Source: Geosiphon pyriformis uo1
Taxonomy: Eukaryota; Fungi; Glomeromycota
Length of the DNA: 64,000 nucleotides
Assembly (NCBI GenBank): GCA_016748015.1
Contig: JAAOMT010000082.1
Location: forward strand, 326,349 to 390,348
Reading direction: 5' to 3'
Below the pieces are notes generated by a model. The model had not been told where the DNA came from. It saw only the letters and a list, made by a program, of their open reading frames with translations, and did no database searches. A program made the position numbers and the translations under genes. Positions 28,688 through 42,559 of this stretch are shown one piece after another; the stretch's first letter is position 1; each line of letters opens with the position of its first letter.

Positions 28688-30234
28688 ATGGCGCTCCAAC
28701 AACACTTTCAAGCTCTATCCAATGATTTCGGAAATTTACTAGAGAGCCAAAAATTCTCTGATGTTAAGATTGTTGTTGGAGAAGCGCCCAATATCAGAAC
28801 TTTTCATGCTCATTCGCAAATTTTAGCAGCAAGATCACCATATTTTGCCGTAGGACTCTCAAGTAATTGGGTTAAAAGGGAAAACAATGCCATTATCTTC
28901 ACTAAACCTAATATTACACATAATATTTTTGAAATAATTCTCAGGTGAGGGTTTTCATTTGCTTTAAAGTATTTTGGCCAACATCAATTTATATTTTATT
29001 TTTCTTGCACAGATATATTTATAATGGCGAGATTTCTCTTGATGAACATGGAGTACCTGCCATATTAGAATTGCTTATGACCGCTGACGAGCTTATTCTA
29101 GAGAATTTGTTTGAACCCATTGAAGACTATTTGATTAAACACCATGCAAAAGAGCTGGAAAAAAATTTCGTCATTTTGCAGAAAACTTTATTTATGCATG
29201 ATTCTTTCAAAAAGTTACAGAAATTCTGCACCGAGATAACTGCTAAAACTCCAGCTATAGTTTTCAACTCGCAAGATTTTACCTCCCTCAGTGAAAATGC
29301 TCTTTCCTCAATTTTAAACCGGGATGACCTAAATATAGAAGAATCTGAAATATGGGAAAAGATTGTGGAATGGGGAGTTGCTAAATTGGAATCAAATATT
29401 CAGATGAAAAAAGTTCTTTACTGGACAGATGGAAACTTTAACGCCTTTAAGGAATCCATTGAAAGGCTTCTACCTTTAATACGCTTCTTTAACATATCTT
29501 CAGTTGACTTCTATCACAAAGTAAAACCATTTGCGAGAATCTTACCTGGAACTTTAAATGAAGATCTTTTACATCATTATCTCGTACCAGATAGTCAACA
29601 AAAGTCTGCAAACGTTCGGCCATTACGATCAAACATTGATTCAAAGCTTCTTCAATCGCATAATATAAAACAGCTAGATAATTGGATTCAAGGCAAAGAC
29701 GAAAATATTCGTTCTGAATATCAAGTTAGAAATGATTTTAATTTGTTACTTCGAGGTAGTCGAGACGGATTCACTCCAGCCAATTTTCATCGATTATGTG
29801 ATAATAAAGGAGCAACAGTCAGCGTAATCAAAGTGAAAGGAACTGGTCAACTAATTGGCGGCTATAACCCGCATTCTTGGCACTCTGGGTATGGCATAAA
29901 AGATGGGACAGGAAGTTTTATTTTTTCTCTTGGAGATGGCAAAGCTGGAAAGGCTAAACTTAGCAAATTTGTTGGCTCATGTGGACCTTTTAGTGGGTCA
30001 AATCATGGACCCTCTTTTGGGGATGACAATATTTGTTTATATGGCGATGACTTTAAAAGTAGTCATTATTGCTATTGTAAAAAGACACGAGATTATGAGC
30101 ATGTTATAATGCCTGGATCAGAAAATCAACAGATGAATTTCTTTGTCGAGGAGTATGAAGTTTTTCAAATCACAAAAAAAAAAAATTCGTTCAATTTATT
30201 TGATTATAAATCTTTTGAAGACTACATTATGTAA
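28688..30234 (+). CDS. BTB/POZ-BACK-TLDc domain protein, ~492 aa
   Basis: Exons 28688-28944 and 29013-30234 (GT-AG, 1479 nt). BTB: SDVKIVVGE..FHAHSQILAARSPYF; BACK-like: ILNRDDLNIEESEIWEKIVEWG; TLDc: LLLRGSRDGF..FHRLCDNKGATV..IGGYNP..SFIFS..GPSFG..EYEVFQI. Confidence 0.93.
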
Positions 30235-31845
30235 GAATTTTCTCTAGCAGAATATTATATAGACTACTATTTTGGCCTTCATAATAAAGTTAAAATTTTT
30301 TTAGAACTTAAAAGTTATTTTGATAAAAAGGGATTTCTGAATTTTTAGGGATTATCACAAGCTAAAATCAAAACAGAAAACACTTTTTATGTGAGTAACA
30401 ATAGAAATATAAATTTTAAATACATAGCTGTGTTTTTCCGCTAATTAAAAATGTAAATTTTGGTTGGTGTTTTAGGGTTTTATTGGGCAATGAAAAAAAA
30501 TAAACTTTGGTAAATATTTAATAAGAAAGCTTTGAGAGCGTGAAAGTTTTCAATTAAAATATAACTTCAACTTGGAGACACAAACTTTTTAATAAATATA
30601 TTTGTCTAAACAATATTCTAATAAACTCGATATACTTCATTTTGCTTCATTCGTATTTTATTTACGAGTTGTAAAATATTTTTTTAATTGAAATTATAAT
30701 TCCCAATAAATCAATATCTGACAAAAAATTAAATTTTTTAAGGTTTGCCAAGGTAAAGCAAAAAACAAAAAATAGTTAGTTTTAATAAAAATATAAACTT
30801 ATGGAGAAAATTTTTTTTATCTTTTTTTCCAAATTGCAATCAAGTTTTAAAAAAGGTATTTATAGAAAGTTCTATTTCGCATAATAAACTTAGGTTTTAT
30901 CTTTTTTCTTACTTCAATTGACTCAAAATTTTTTTGATGAACTTAATAGTTAGAACATATAAATTTAATTGAGAAAATTTTTGATTTCATTATTTAAAAA
31001 TTTTATTTCATAGTTCACCTCTTTTTTAAATTAAACATAAATGTTTGGATATAAAAAAATCCAAATTACTAATATTAACTTTTTTTCGCATAATTATTTT
31101 GTTATCTATATATCTTTTTAAAAAATTATATAAAAAATTTCTAAATACTATTTTTATCTGGTAAAATAATTTATTTATTATGTAAGTTGTGGTTTTCGAA
31201 ATTATTTTTAAATTTTCACAATTTTTAATCATAATTAACTATTATTTTATTTGATTCATTAATGTGTATTCTTAAAAAATTTAATTCTTTTTAAAACATA
31301 TATAAAAGAATTCATTTTAGAAATTTAAAATTTGTGATACACTTAGCACCTTAAAAGATGAATATATTTTATTTTATTAACAGGGTTTTCAGAATAATAT
31401 TATAAAGAAAAATATTCCCTTTCTAAATGAAAAAAGAAAACTATCTCCTACACTTTTAAGAAAACGTTATATACAAAATGGTTTATACATATCTAATTAT
31501 AAATTTATCTCTATCAAATTTTTAATTAATTTTTAATGATTTAAATAATTAAACTTTGGAATTTTCACGATGCCGTTTAGCAGCAGTAATAATATAAAAT
31601 TCAGAGTTGAAGGAATAAGATAAAAAATTTTAGTTTGAATATTTGGAAAATATCACTTTGAGATAACAGTTTCCTCAAAGAATTTTCATGAAAATTAGTT
31701 TCCTTACTAAACCTTAAATACATTCTCTCTAATAATATTAATTTGAAATGTGGCTATTAATAAAGAAATTATAAATATAATTTAAATCAATATATACGAT
31801 TTTCTATTCGAAAATATTAATTTTTGATATATTGATTGCTGCTAA

Positions 31846-32900
31846 TCATTCTCTATAAATTCTCAGAGCTTCTTCAAAACTTCCTACCTTACTAATCGAT
31901 TCGCAATTGCTCATTTCAACTCCAAAATAAGGCCCATTATGAAATAATTTGCCCGGAACTTTATTTATTAATTGACCAGCATTACACTCCTAAAAAATAA
32001 AAAAATCAATTTTTTAACACTTTTTTACTGAAAAATTCTAAATTCAATATAAATTAATACTAACCATATTCTCTTCAGAATACTGCGAATAGGGCCATAC
32101 TTTTCTTTGACCAATTGAAAGCGAAATAGAATTACAGTCCCAATACGTATTTGGGTGATCATCAGCAGAACAATCACAATTACTCAATGGCTCAATCCAA
32201 ATTTCAGTACCAAAATATTTCCACCCATTTGAAGATGAAGGAAAGTGAGGCACATGATCATTTCCATGAGTAAAACGGCGATGAACGATTGCTATGTTGA
32301 AAGCATCACCAAGGTACTCATTTCCAACTCTCGGAGCTCCATAAGTATAAATAATATGCCCTCTTTCACCTATATTAATATCCGGCCAAGTATTCATTTT
32401 GGTAATTTTATATCTTTCCAATGCCCATCTAAATGCAGCAATGCAGACATATGCTTATAATATATACATATATATAGTTAAAAAAATACTTGACTTTCAA
32501 ATTTCAGAATAGAAAAATATTTAGGAAACTAACCTCCACCCAGACCATGTTCCGTAAATACAATATCAAGCTTTTGAGTTGATTTTGTGGATTTACTTAA
32601 AGATACTTTAATATCTTGAAGTAAATTAGGAAATAATAAATTTACATCTTTTAATAATTGGGAGTCTACAAGAATTTCTTTGGCCAACTTTATATCATTA
32701 TTAAAATAAAGTGGTACATATGTTTTAGCTCTTTTTTTTTGTTGGTTTTTTTAATTTCCCAGAGAGTTTGATGTTCTCTGTGTTTATTAATAATAGATTT
32801 TCAACTACTATTATTTTTTATTAGATAATCACCATTTTAAATTTTTAATGTAAGTAGTGGAATCATCCAATAATTTGTGCATTTTTTGCATTGGCATGAT
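31846..32900 (-). pseudogene. Second class-3 lipase-like gene, 5'-truncated; nucleophile motif EHGLGG
   Basis: Exons ~32735-32534, 32453-32065, 31989-31846 give IVFTEHGLGGAY, YTYGAPRVGN, RFTHGNDHVPHFP, EIWI..CDC, ECNAG..FHNGPYFG..C. The last two introns are at the same positions and phases as in the 5.4-6.9 kb paralogue. The 5' part is lost in AT-rich decayed DNA. Confidence 0.75.
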
Positions 32901-32909
32901 TCATTAATA

Positions 32910-34300
32910 ATCAAATTATTAATTAAGTTATTAATTAAATTAATAATTAATTTATAATAAATTTAGTTAAGAAAATTTTTGAAGTTTCATTTTAAAACTA
33001 ACTAATTTGTTAAAGTTTTTTTGCTAAAAAAATGTATAAAAGTTAAGATAAAATAAGTTGAATCTAAAAAACTGAATCTTTATACAAAATTTTTTGGCTT
33101 TTTTTATAATAGTCAAAACTTTTTTAATTATTTTTTTAATTGTATTATAAAAAAAATTTATTTTAACAGTTATATATTTAAACATGTATTTATTCAACTA
33201 ATTGTCTTTTTGTAGCAGTTTTCTATAAATTGATAACAGAAATTTTCAAATTTATCTTTAATTATAAGTTGTTTTTAAAAAGAAAAAATACTTTTTTGTT
33301 TAAAAATATAAAAGGCATTTTGAATATTTTAATTGAAAAAAATTTTATACTAAATAAAAATATGTTTGTTTTGGTGTTTTGCTAATTGATATTATAAATA
33401 TTACAATAACTAATCAATTAGGGTTTTTGTAATACTTTTTAATATATATACTATAAATAATTAATTATTAAATATTGTTTTATATTAATATTATTAAATA
33501 CATAAATTATTGTTTAATTGTAAATAGTTTTTTAACAACTTTAAAATTTATTACTAGAAATATTGTTTTTATTAGATTAATATTTTATCAATACTTGAAG
33601 AAAGTAATTTATATATTATTTTCTTGTGAAATTTTTTTCGAAGCTGTTTTATTTTTTTATAAACAATTGTTTATGCTTTTATTAAAGAATTAATATCATT
33701 CTAAATGTTTATTAAAAAAATTTTATATAATTACTTTTATTATTTTTTTAGTAAAAATAGTTTTAATATTTGTTTCGATAAGTAATATTGTCATATTTTT
33801 ATAAAGTAAATAGAAAAATTTATAATTAGTAATATTATTATTAATTATTCAATAAGCAAAAAATGCTAAAAACAAAAACATTGTTTTATAAATTTGGTTT
33901 TAATTGAAGTTTTACATAATGTTTAATTAAAAATTATTACTAATTTATTGGTATTAAGATAATAAAAAGAAAATTTTTGTAATATACTTCAAATTCTTTA
34001 CAAAGTTCTTTTATTAATTAATTAAAAAAAGCTTTTTTCTATTATATAATAGTTTTTTAAAGCATTTATAATAGTATATATACTTTTTGTTTATATAAAA
34101 TTAGCAATTATAATAGCTGTTGAATTAAATATTGCTTGGGCTTTTACCTATTTTATTAAATAATCTATAAGATTTATAATATATTAAATATTTAATCAAC
34201 AAAAATTAAATGAATATTTTTTTTGTTTGTTTATAATTTACAAGATTCTGGAAATAATATAATAAACCTATTTAGATTGCTTTAGAAATTTTATACTCAA
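32910..34300. mobile_element. AT-rich decayed transposon-like DNA replacing the 5' end of lipase-like gene 2
   Basis: Abrupt switch to G/C-depleted sequence with the same texture as the LINE remnants; family not assignable. Confidence 0.35.
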
Positions 34301-35272
34301 TATCTTGATAAACTTATTTTCATTAAAAAATATTGTCGAAAGAAAAGAATAATGTAATAAATTTGTAATATATTATAAGATTGGTTGAAATATTTCGAAA
34401 TATTCTGCTTGGTTTACAAATTTAATCAATAATAAGAGTATTCAGATATAAAAAAAGAAACCAATTCTATTTTTAAAACAATTATTTCTTTTTATTATAA
34501 GAAACAAAAGATTATTTTAATGTTTACAACCGAAATAATTTATATTACATAAAACTTAATCTTCATTTATATTGCTTAAATTTGTTTTTTTTTGTTGAAA
34601 AAACAGCTTGAAAATTTTTGTGATTAGTTCTTCAACAAATATTTAGCAGAAAACCTATTCAGTCTATACTGTATATTTTTTCGACCATGTTTATTTTGAA
34701 GATATCTTTAAAGACAAAGACAATTACCCATATATTTAATGGAAAATAATAAATATATCATATTAAAAATAATTGTAAACTTAATAATATTATTATTAGA
34801 TTTATTTTATCATAAATATTTGATAAATTATATCAAAACTAACTCACCAAGTGATTTTTATTAAGTTAAATAAATAAATTAGATTTACATAATTTTAAAT
34901 AATAATGTACAAAATATCTTATTGTCCAACATAAAAAAGAAAACTTTCAGAAACTCATATAAAAACAGAAAATTGTTATATTAATTATTTTTGTATTATA
35001 AAAAAGTTAATCATGATGATGTCCACTAAATTTTCAGGCATAAAAATAAAGATAGAAATGATATTCAGCTTATTAATTCATAAAGAAAATGAATATTCTA
35101 ATATAAATGTTTTGATAATCTTTCCCATCATCATGGGATCTTTATTATTCCCCAGTTTTTTACATAAATTACGATCTTTAATAATTAAAATTAAGACTTA
35201 TTGATAGAGAAAAGTTTCGACTGTAGCTGTAAGTTTTTATTTAGTCGAGGATTGCTTCATAATTCCCTTAAA

Positions 35273-37064
35273 ATGATTCCTTTTTCTTCTCTATCAGATG
35301 GCTATTTTGACCTCATCACTATAATAAGCATTCTCACTCTGATTTTAGCTCTTTACATCGGGCAATTTTATCTCGGTTATTTCACTCGTAAAAATCCACT
35401 TCCTGGTCCATTTCCCCTCCCATTAATCGGCAATCTTTATCAAAACAAGGGCCACTTTGCCGAGTGGATTCATCAACTATCCATTAAACACGGTGAAATT
35501 TTCGAGCTCTGGATCGGTTCACAACGCCAAATTTGGTTAAGTAATTTAGATGAGATCTCGAAAATCAATCAACCCTCGACTAAGAGTAATTTCATTCGTC
35601 GATGGGCCTATAGCCAAGGATTAGAGGAATGGGGAACTTTGCATGGAATGGCTTATAACCGTGATCTAAAAAGCGTTCTTTACTATCGAAAGATTACGGA
35701 AAAAGCTGTGACAATCCCGAGTTCTTTACAAGACATAATTTTGAATACGCAAAAAAGATTCGAAGACTTGGAGCAGTATTGGCATGAGATTGGCCAAGGC
35801 GGAAAAGTGATCATTGATTTGCCAGCTTGGATCGTCCCACTTTTTTCTGACCTTATGTATTTGTCTATGATGAGTAAAAAAACTCAGTTTACCGCACAAC
35901 ATTTTAATTCCCTGTCCAAAGACCTGAATAAGAAAATTGAAATTGACCCTATAATGGAAAAATGGATGGAAAGATTTGTCACGGCGTTTAGTGAGATAAA
36001 ATATGCAGTTCATTTCTTTACGTTATTCCCAACTTTTCTGAGATGGACCGTTTTTCGGCATTGGAAAAGCAAATACTTGAATTCATATTCCCAAGTAAAG
36101 GCTATTTTGATTGATTTGATTCGAGAACGAAAGAAGTCAATTGATGTGACCAGTTTTGATAATGAACCCGTTGTGAACTTGGATATGTTGAGTCAATTGC
36201 TTACTATGAACACCGGAAGGCATGTGAGTTCAAGAAATGATAAGGATAGCATGTTAATCGAGCCGTTGAATGATCACGAAATTCAATCAATTTTACTTGA
36301 AACCATTTTTGGATCTATTAGCACAGTAAGTTAAAAATATATTGACGGAGAATTCTCCAATATGTTTTGAGTTCCGAACTCATGCTTAAATATGATTTTT
36401 ATTTTCTTTGATAGACTACAAATACTTTTGCATTTATTGTGGAATATGTTGGTCGAGATGAAAAAGTCTTGGAAAATATCAGACAAGAAATTGATGCAAA
36501 ATTTCCACCTAATGAGGAATTTAAAATTTTTTATGAAGACTTAAATTCATTAAAATACATTCAGGCTGTAATTAATGAAAGTAAGTTTTTGAATTGAAAT
36601 TATACACGAAAAATTTTACCTTGAATTTTTCAAATCTCACACAAAATATGGTATTTCGAATATTTCCAGCGCTTCGATTGAGTCCGAGTGCCTCACTCTT
36701 ATACCGAGCCAACGAAAAAGATGATTATGTAGGAGGCTACCTTTGGGAATCAGGGACTCAATTCGGGCTTAACCTTTTATCGTCACATTTGAACAAAAAA
36801 TTATGGGAAAATCCTCAAAAGTTTATACCTGAACGATTTTTTAACCCAGATCATAAAAAAAGGGAACTTTATTCTTGGGGTGGTGGGTTAAGAATTTGTC
36901 CTGGTAGAGTTCAAGCTATTGTATTTTTGAAAGTGATGATTGTGTTGCTTTATCGCAAATTTGATATTGAATTAGTGGATGCTGATAAACCAATCAAGAC
37001 TAAGTTTGATTTTATTAATACGTGTCTTGGTGCTAAGGTTTTTATTAAGCCGAGAAAAAGTTAG
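35273..37064 (+). CDS. Cytochrome P450, ~537 aa
   Basis: Exons 35273-36325, 36415-36580, 36670-37064 (GT-AG, 1614 nt). N-terminal TM anchor, PLPGPFPLPLIGNL hinge, I-helix FGSISTTT, K-helix ETLR (across intron 2), PERF, heme motif WGGGLRICPG. Confidence 0.95.
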
Positions 37065-37399
37065 TTCTTGTCATATAGTAAAATGCTGATTTTCATTTGG
37101 CATCATTATAAAAATCATGTTTAAATTTATTTGTTCGCGAAAACTTTAAATATTTTTAATTAGAACTCTAATTCTATTATTTCAAAACTCTTTTGTAACA
37201 AGAAATAAATTCTTACAAGACTAAAATATTTAAAATTATTCAAGTATTATATTTTATGTTTTTAAATTTATTCTATTAAACAAAAATTAAATAATTTATG
37301 TAGATAAAATGGTTAAGTTTTTCTATTTATATTTGATGTTAAATTTTATATGATTTTTTGGCCGAGTTTTTAAATTTAGTGTCCAATAGGAAGTTTTTG

Positions 37400-40300
37400 G
37401 CAGTAGTGTAGAGTAGTCCTGATGGTTGTCAGCAAATAAAAAATAAAGTACTAAAATTATAAAAATTTTAAGTTTAATTAAAAAGATTTTCATAAATAAA
37501 ATAATTAATCACATTGGCTATTATTAGAAATATTAAATATTTAATAATTCATTTATTCTTTGTTAATATTATTATATATCACGTGCTTGATACGTGTAAC
37601 CAGCCACCCAGACCAGTTAAGACTACTAACCAGCCAAACTATATATTCATCATAAACAAACCCTCTAAGCATTTGCAGCCATCTCTCTTAAACCACTCAA
37701 GTCCAAATGAATTAAGATGACTCTGCAAATCCTAACTGCCTTTCAAATCTCCGGTTGATTCCATAGATTTCTCGTAACGACTCCATCGTTCGTGATCAAA
37801 CAATTCCTATCACACTTAGCTCTATATCTTACTCGAGGTATCCAAATTTTTTCCCTATGCTTATTGGCGAATTACTTAAGCTAAGCTCCTAGGCATCAAA
37901 CTCTTCGCTAATGCCATGTACAAATCGTTATCAAAATTTACGTTTTCATCTTTGAATTGGCGTACCATTTTATTAATATTTGCTTATAATTACTAAAATT
38001 ATTTATAAACTGATGTTAGTTTTTATAATATATAAAATAAAAAGAACTATTGCGAAAAAGTTAAAAAATATATGCAATCATATTTGTACAAGCCAAAATT
38101 AGGCAAATTGTTATTTTTTATTAACTTTATGAGCCCAAAAAATGAAAATATTATTTTTTTTATTTAATACTCCATTAAAACACGCTTTATATAATTTTTT
38201 TTGATAATGATTATATCAAGATGGTGTTATTAATTGTAATTTGAACCAAAATTAACCTTAAATTTTGATTAGTAATTTAGTAATTTATTATCTTACATTA
38301 ATTATTTAATTATTGGTCATTTAACAATATTCAATATTTTTTTTAAAGAATTGAAAATATTGATTTATATAATAAAATGTTATCTTGCATAATAATAAAA
38401 TATAAAGTGGAACAGGTAAAACCAATTATTTTGTAAATTAGAGATTTTAATCCTACTTTGGAACTGTAAATAAAAGCAAGTAAAAACTACTGATATTTTA
38501 GTTTTTTATGCTTTTGAATATGTATTATCAAAATTAATTACGCTAAGTAAAACTCTTATATTGCTTAATATAACTAATATACTATTAATTGGTACAGTAA
38601 AAAATTTTCGCACCAAGACAAATTAATTATTCTGTAAATAATTATTTCAAGATAATAAAAGTATATGTGTCAACATTAGATATAAACTTAAATAATGAAG
38701 AGTTTACAAAATTTCTCAAAAAGTTATTTTTAGACAAAGAAAAAGATGCGATGTTATTTAAAATCAACTAAAATTAGTAAAAACACTTGAATATATGCTT
38801 AATATCTTTCATCAATATGTAAAAATTTTATTTGCATTATTAATTTAAAATAATAAATTTTTATTCAAAAGTAAAAAAAATGTAATATACTTATTAAATA
38901 TAATTATGAACATTTCAAAAATAAATTTCACTGTAGTTTATAATTTGAAAATTAGTTGGAAGCCAAAAAAAAGGCAGATTAAATTAGCAACAAAAACTAA
39001 GTGCATTAAAGAGTTTGTTTTAGTTAAAATAGATGCCTAATTATCTATTAAAGATTTAATTTTTCAGTTGTAATATGTTATTTATAATTGAATTAGTATT
39101 TTTGCTTGAAATTGATTTTTCAATTTTTTATCAAGACTTTTGTATTATTTTTTGTTTCAATCTATAAAAAAAACTGAACTAAATAAAAAAAATATTATTA
39201 TACTAAGGTTTTAAATTATAATTAAAAACTGCTAAAACTGTTTATAAAAGCAATAAGTAAAAGTCTAAACCTTTTTATGATCCAAGTTTTAACGATAAAA
39301 TATCATAATTTTTTGAATAAAAAATTGAAAAAGTTGTGCAAATGTGTTTCAATACAAATCATCTAGATTTTAAAATTGCATAAACCTATTATAATTAAAA
39401 ATATTACTATTTGCAATAATAAAAAATAAATAATTACTTTATATTTAAATAACAGAATTGTGTAAAATTATAAACCATCTAAATGTCAAACTAAAAGAAA
39501 TTCTATTTTCTTAGAAATTGTATAATATTTTTCACAAATGTTGTCTTTGTTAATTTTCTAATATTTAGGAACCAGCTAAACAAGTCAAAAAATCTATAGA
39601 TTTTATAATTACTTTTTGACAAATGACAAATATTTTTATTAATTGATTTATTCTAGTAAATTTGAAATGAAATAAAATAAAGCATTACTCTACAAATACA
39701 GTTTATAAATAAATAAAGGTTTTACCTTGAATTAAAATTTTTTTAGCTTCATAATTCTTTCCATAATTTTAATTAATATGTGTTTCAATAGTTGTATTTA
39801 TTTGTAAAAATAAAATTCAATTTACTACAAATCTTTATATATTTTTTGGCTATGCTAGCTCTGTTGAAAAAATGTAAAATGGTTATTATTATTACTATTT
39901 CCGATTTCATTTTTGTTTGCATCATTTTTATATCTATAATGATTCAAAGAATAATTTTTCACAATAAAAATGTTTGAATATTCAAAAATTTGTATACTCT
40001 AAATTACAATTAAACACCAATTAGCATATTAATTTAATAATTTTTCTAATTCGGAGTTAAACTTTTTACAAATACTTTCAAAAAGATCGAATTCTGTTCA
40101 AAAGACATAATTTTTAACAATATAAATAACATAGCTTATTTAAATATAAAATTTCATTTGTAAAATAAAACATTAATGTATTGTGCATAATTTGTTCATT
40201 TTGTTGCAGATGCATTACATGATTTCTGTTTGTGTAATTTTACCTTAGTATAAGTTTAATACATTTAAAGCTATTGATCTTTATCAAAAACTGAACAAAA

Positions 40301-41000
40301 AATATTTCACTTTTCAGTATTGCGTTATGTTTGCTTCTAAAAAAATTTACTCAAGTAATAATAAGCACCAAATAAATTTTACGAAGATAGTATCTAAAAG
40401 AATTCATAATATTTTGAAAAAAGCATAGTTAAAAGATAAGTTTTTGCATGTAGTGAGCCTAAATCTAAAAAGTATTGTATATATATAAAGTTAAAATGTA
40501 ATGAATAAATAGATTTTTCAGCTTTAAATATAAATGATTTAATTCGTGCCAATAAGGCAATAAAATCGAAAGAGTTGTTTTTCAATAATTAATTTTGACA
40601 TATGATTATAGGATATTTATTTATTTATTGTTTTGAAATGCGCAAATTCGATACGCAATCCAAACAAATAATAGTAAATAACAATAAATAAATAACAAAA
40701 GCAATTACATTCTAAATCAGGAGTGTAAATATAAACGAAATTAAGAAAGTTTATTATTCACAAGTTTTCTGCCAGAAATTTTCAATACTTGAATAGATGC
40801 AAAAAAAACCTAAAGTTCAAAATATTCTAAAAAAATTACAAAATGACTTCTGTAAACAATAACATAATAACAACACTATGAGCACATTCAACAAAAATTT
40901 AATATTTTAAACATATTTATTGAATAGTTGATAAGAATAAACAAGTTACTTACTTTTTGATATTATACAATTACAAATCCTGAATTTAATAATGATAATA
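37400..41000. mobile_element. Decayed multi-ORF element, possibly Maverick/Polinton-like
   Basis: AGTAGTGTAGAGTAGT at 37402; stop-riddled minus-strand ORF ~37695-37968 (MVRQFKDE..A*GKNLDTSSKI*..WSRYEKSMESTGD); SGTGKTN Walker-A-like remnant at 38406. Confidence 0.25.
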
Positions 41001-42559
41001 CAAGCCAAATAATAATACAATCGTATTACACTTTTTATTAAAGTGTAAAAATTTTCTTAAAAACAAATGGCTAAATATATGTTATTTTTTTGCTGAAGTT
41101 AAAAAGAGATAATATACAACAAATTAAATCTTTCATATCTTAAATTATATCAAAAATTATTTTGGCCAAAATTTGATTATATTATTGTAATTTTGATAAA
41201 TTTTTAATGTACTGTGTCATAAATTATGTATTTTTTTTATAATATTATAATATTATAATATTTGATTATATTAACTTGTATTCAAAACAAAAAATTTTGT
41301 TGTAAATATTATTAAATTTTTTTTTGTATACAAATTATTAAATAATATGATTATTAATCTGTTTTACAATGTATATACATCTTTTTTGTTGCACAAAAAT
41401 CACAAAATTCTCTTTGGGTTTAATATAACAAAGTACTTACACATTTAATTTGCTTTTTAATTAAATTATATTTACAGTATTTACAGTTTTTTTATTTGTT
41501 AAAATTTTATTTTAATTTGTAAAAATACTAATTTTTGACAAAACTAATAATTAGCAATAATTATTTATTGGCTAATTTTTAATACTATTAGTAATAAATA
41601 CAGAAATTACATCTGTAATTTGAAAACATTTTAATTTTAATTTTTAAATTAGCAAAGCTATTTAAGTTTTTAAGAAATTACAAATTAGAAAATATTTTAT
41701 TTTTTTTAAAAAAAAGATTATTAACAATTTAACAAATACTATTTCACTAATTATCATAACTGAAAGCAAATTTTACCTGTAATATTTTTTTGAGCTAAAT
41801 AAAATTAAATTCAATATTTTTCTATTTAGTAAAGTTATTTTAAATTCAAAAAAACTTTATTACTGCTATGTACATAAATATTAAAACAAAAAATTAGCCT
41901 ATTAAACTTAAATAATGGTTTAACAAAAAACATTATTGTTAAAAAATTTATAAACTAATTAGATTACTAAATAAAATTGATAATTTTTTTTATATTAATT
42001 AAAATACTAATTATAAAAACTATTATTATTATTTAAAAATTAACAGATATTATAAATAATATAAGAAATTTTTTAATTATAAAAATAATAATCTTAAAAA
42101 AATTTACATAATAACAATTATTAATTAGTTTTAAAACAAATATTATATTATAATAACAGTATTTAAAAATTAAAATAAAATATAACAATATATTATTTTA
42201 TAAAACAACAAATTTATATATATATAGTTATTTTAATATTAATAAAAAATATTTAATATTTAATAAATTTTAAAATTAATTAAAAAATAATAATTTAACA
42301 TTAAAATTTATTTGTATTTTTTATAAAATAAAATTATTATTTATTAGCTAAATCTATTAAAAAAATAATTTTAATTAATATTATTTATATTATTAAAAAA
42401 CACTTAAAATTATTAATATTTTATATATATACAAAATAATTAAATTATAAAATTTTTTTTTATTTATCCTAAATTTTTTAAAAAAACAATATTTTTTAAA
42501 TTTTTTTTTCTGTTTTTGTTATATTTTATTATTTAATTAGATTTTTTTTTAATTTTATA

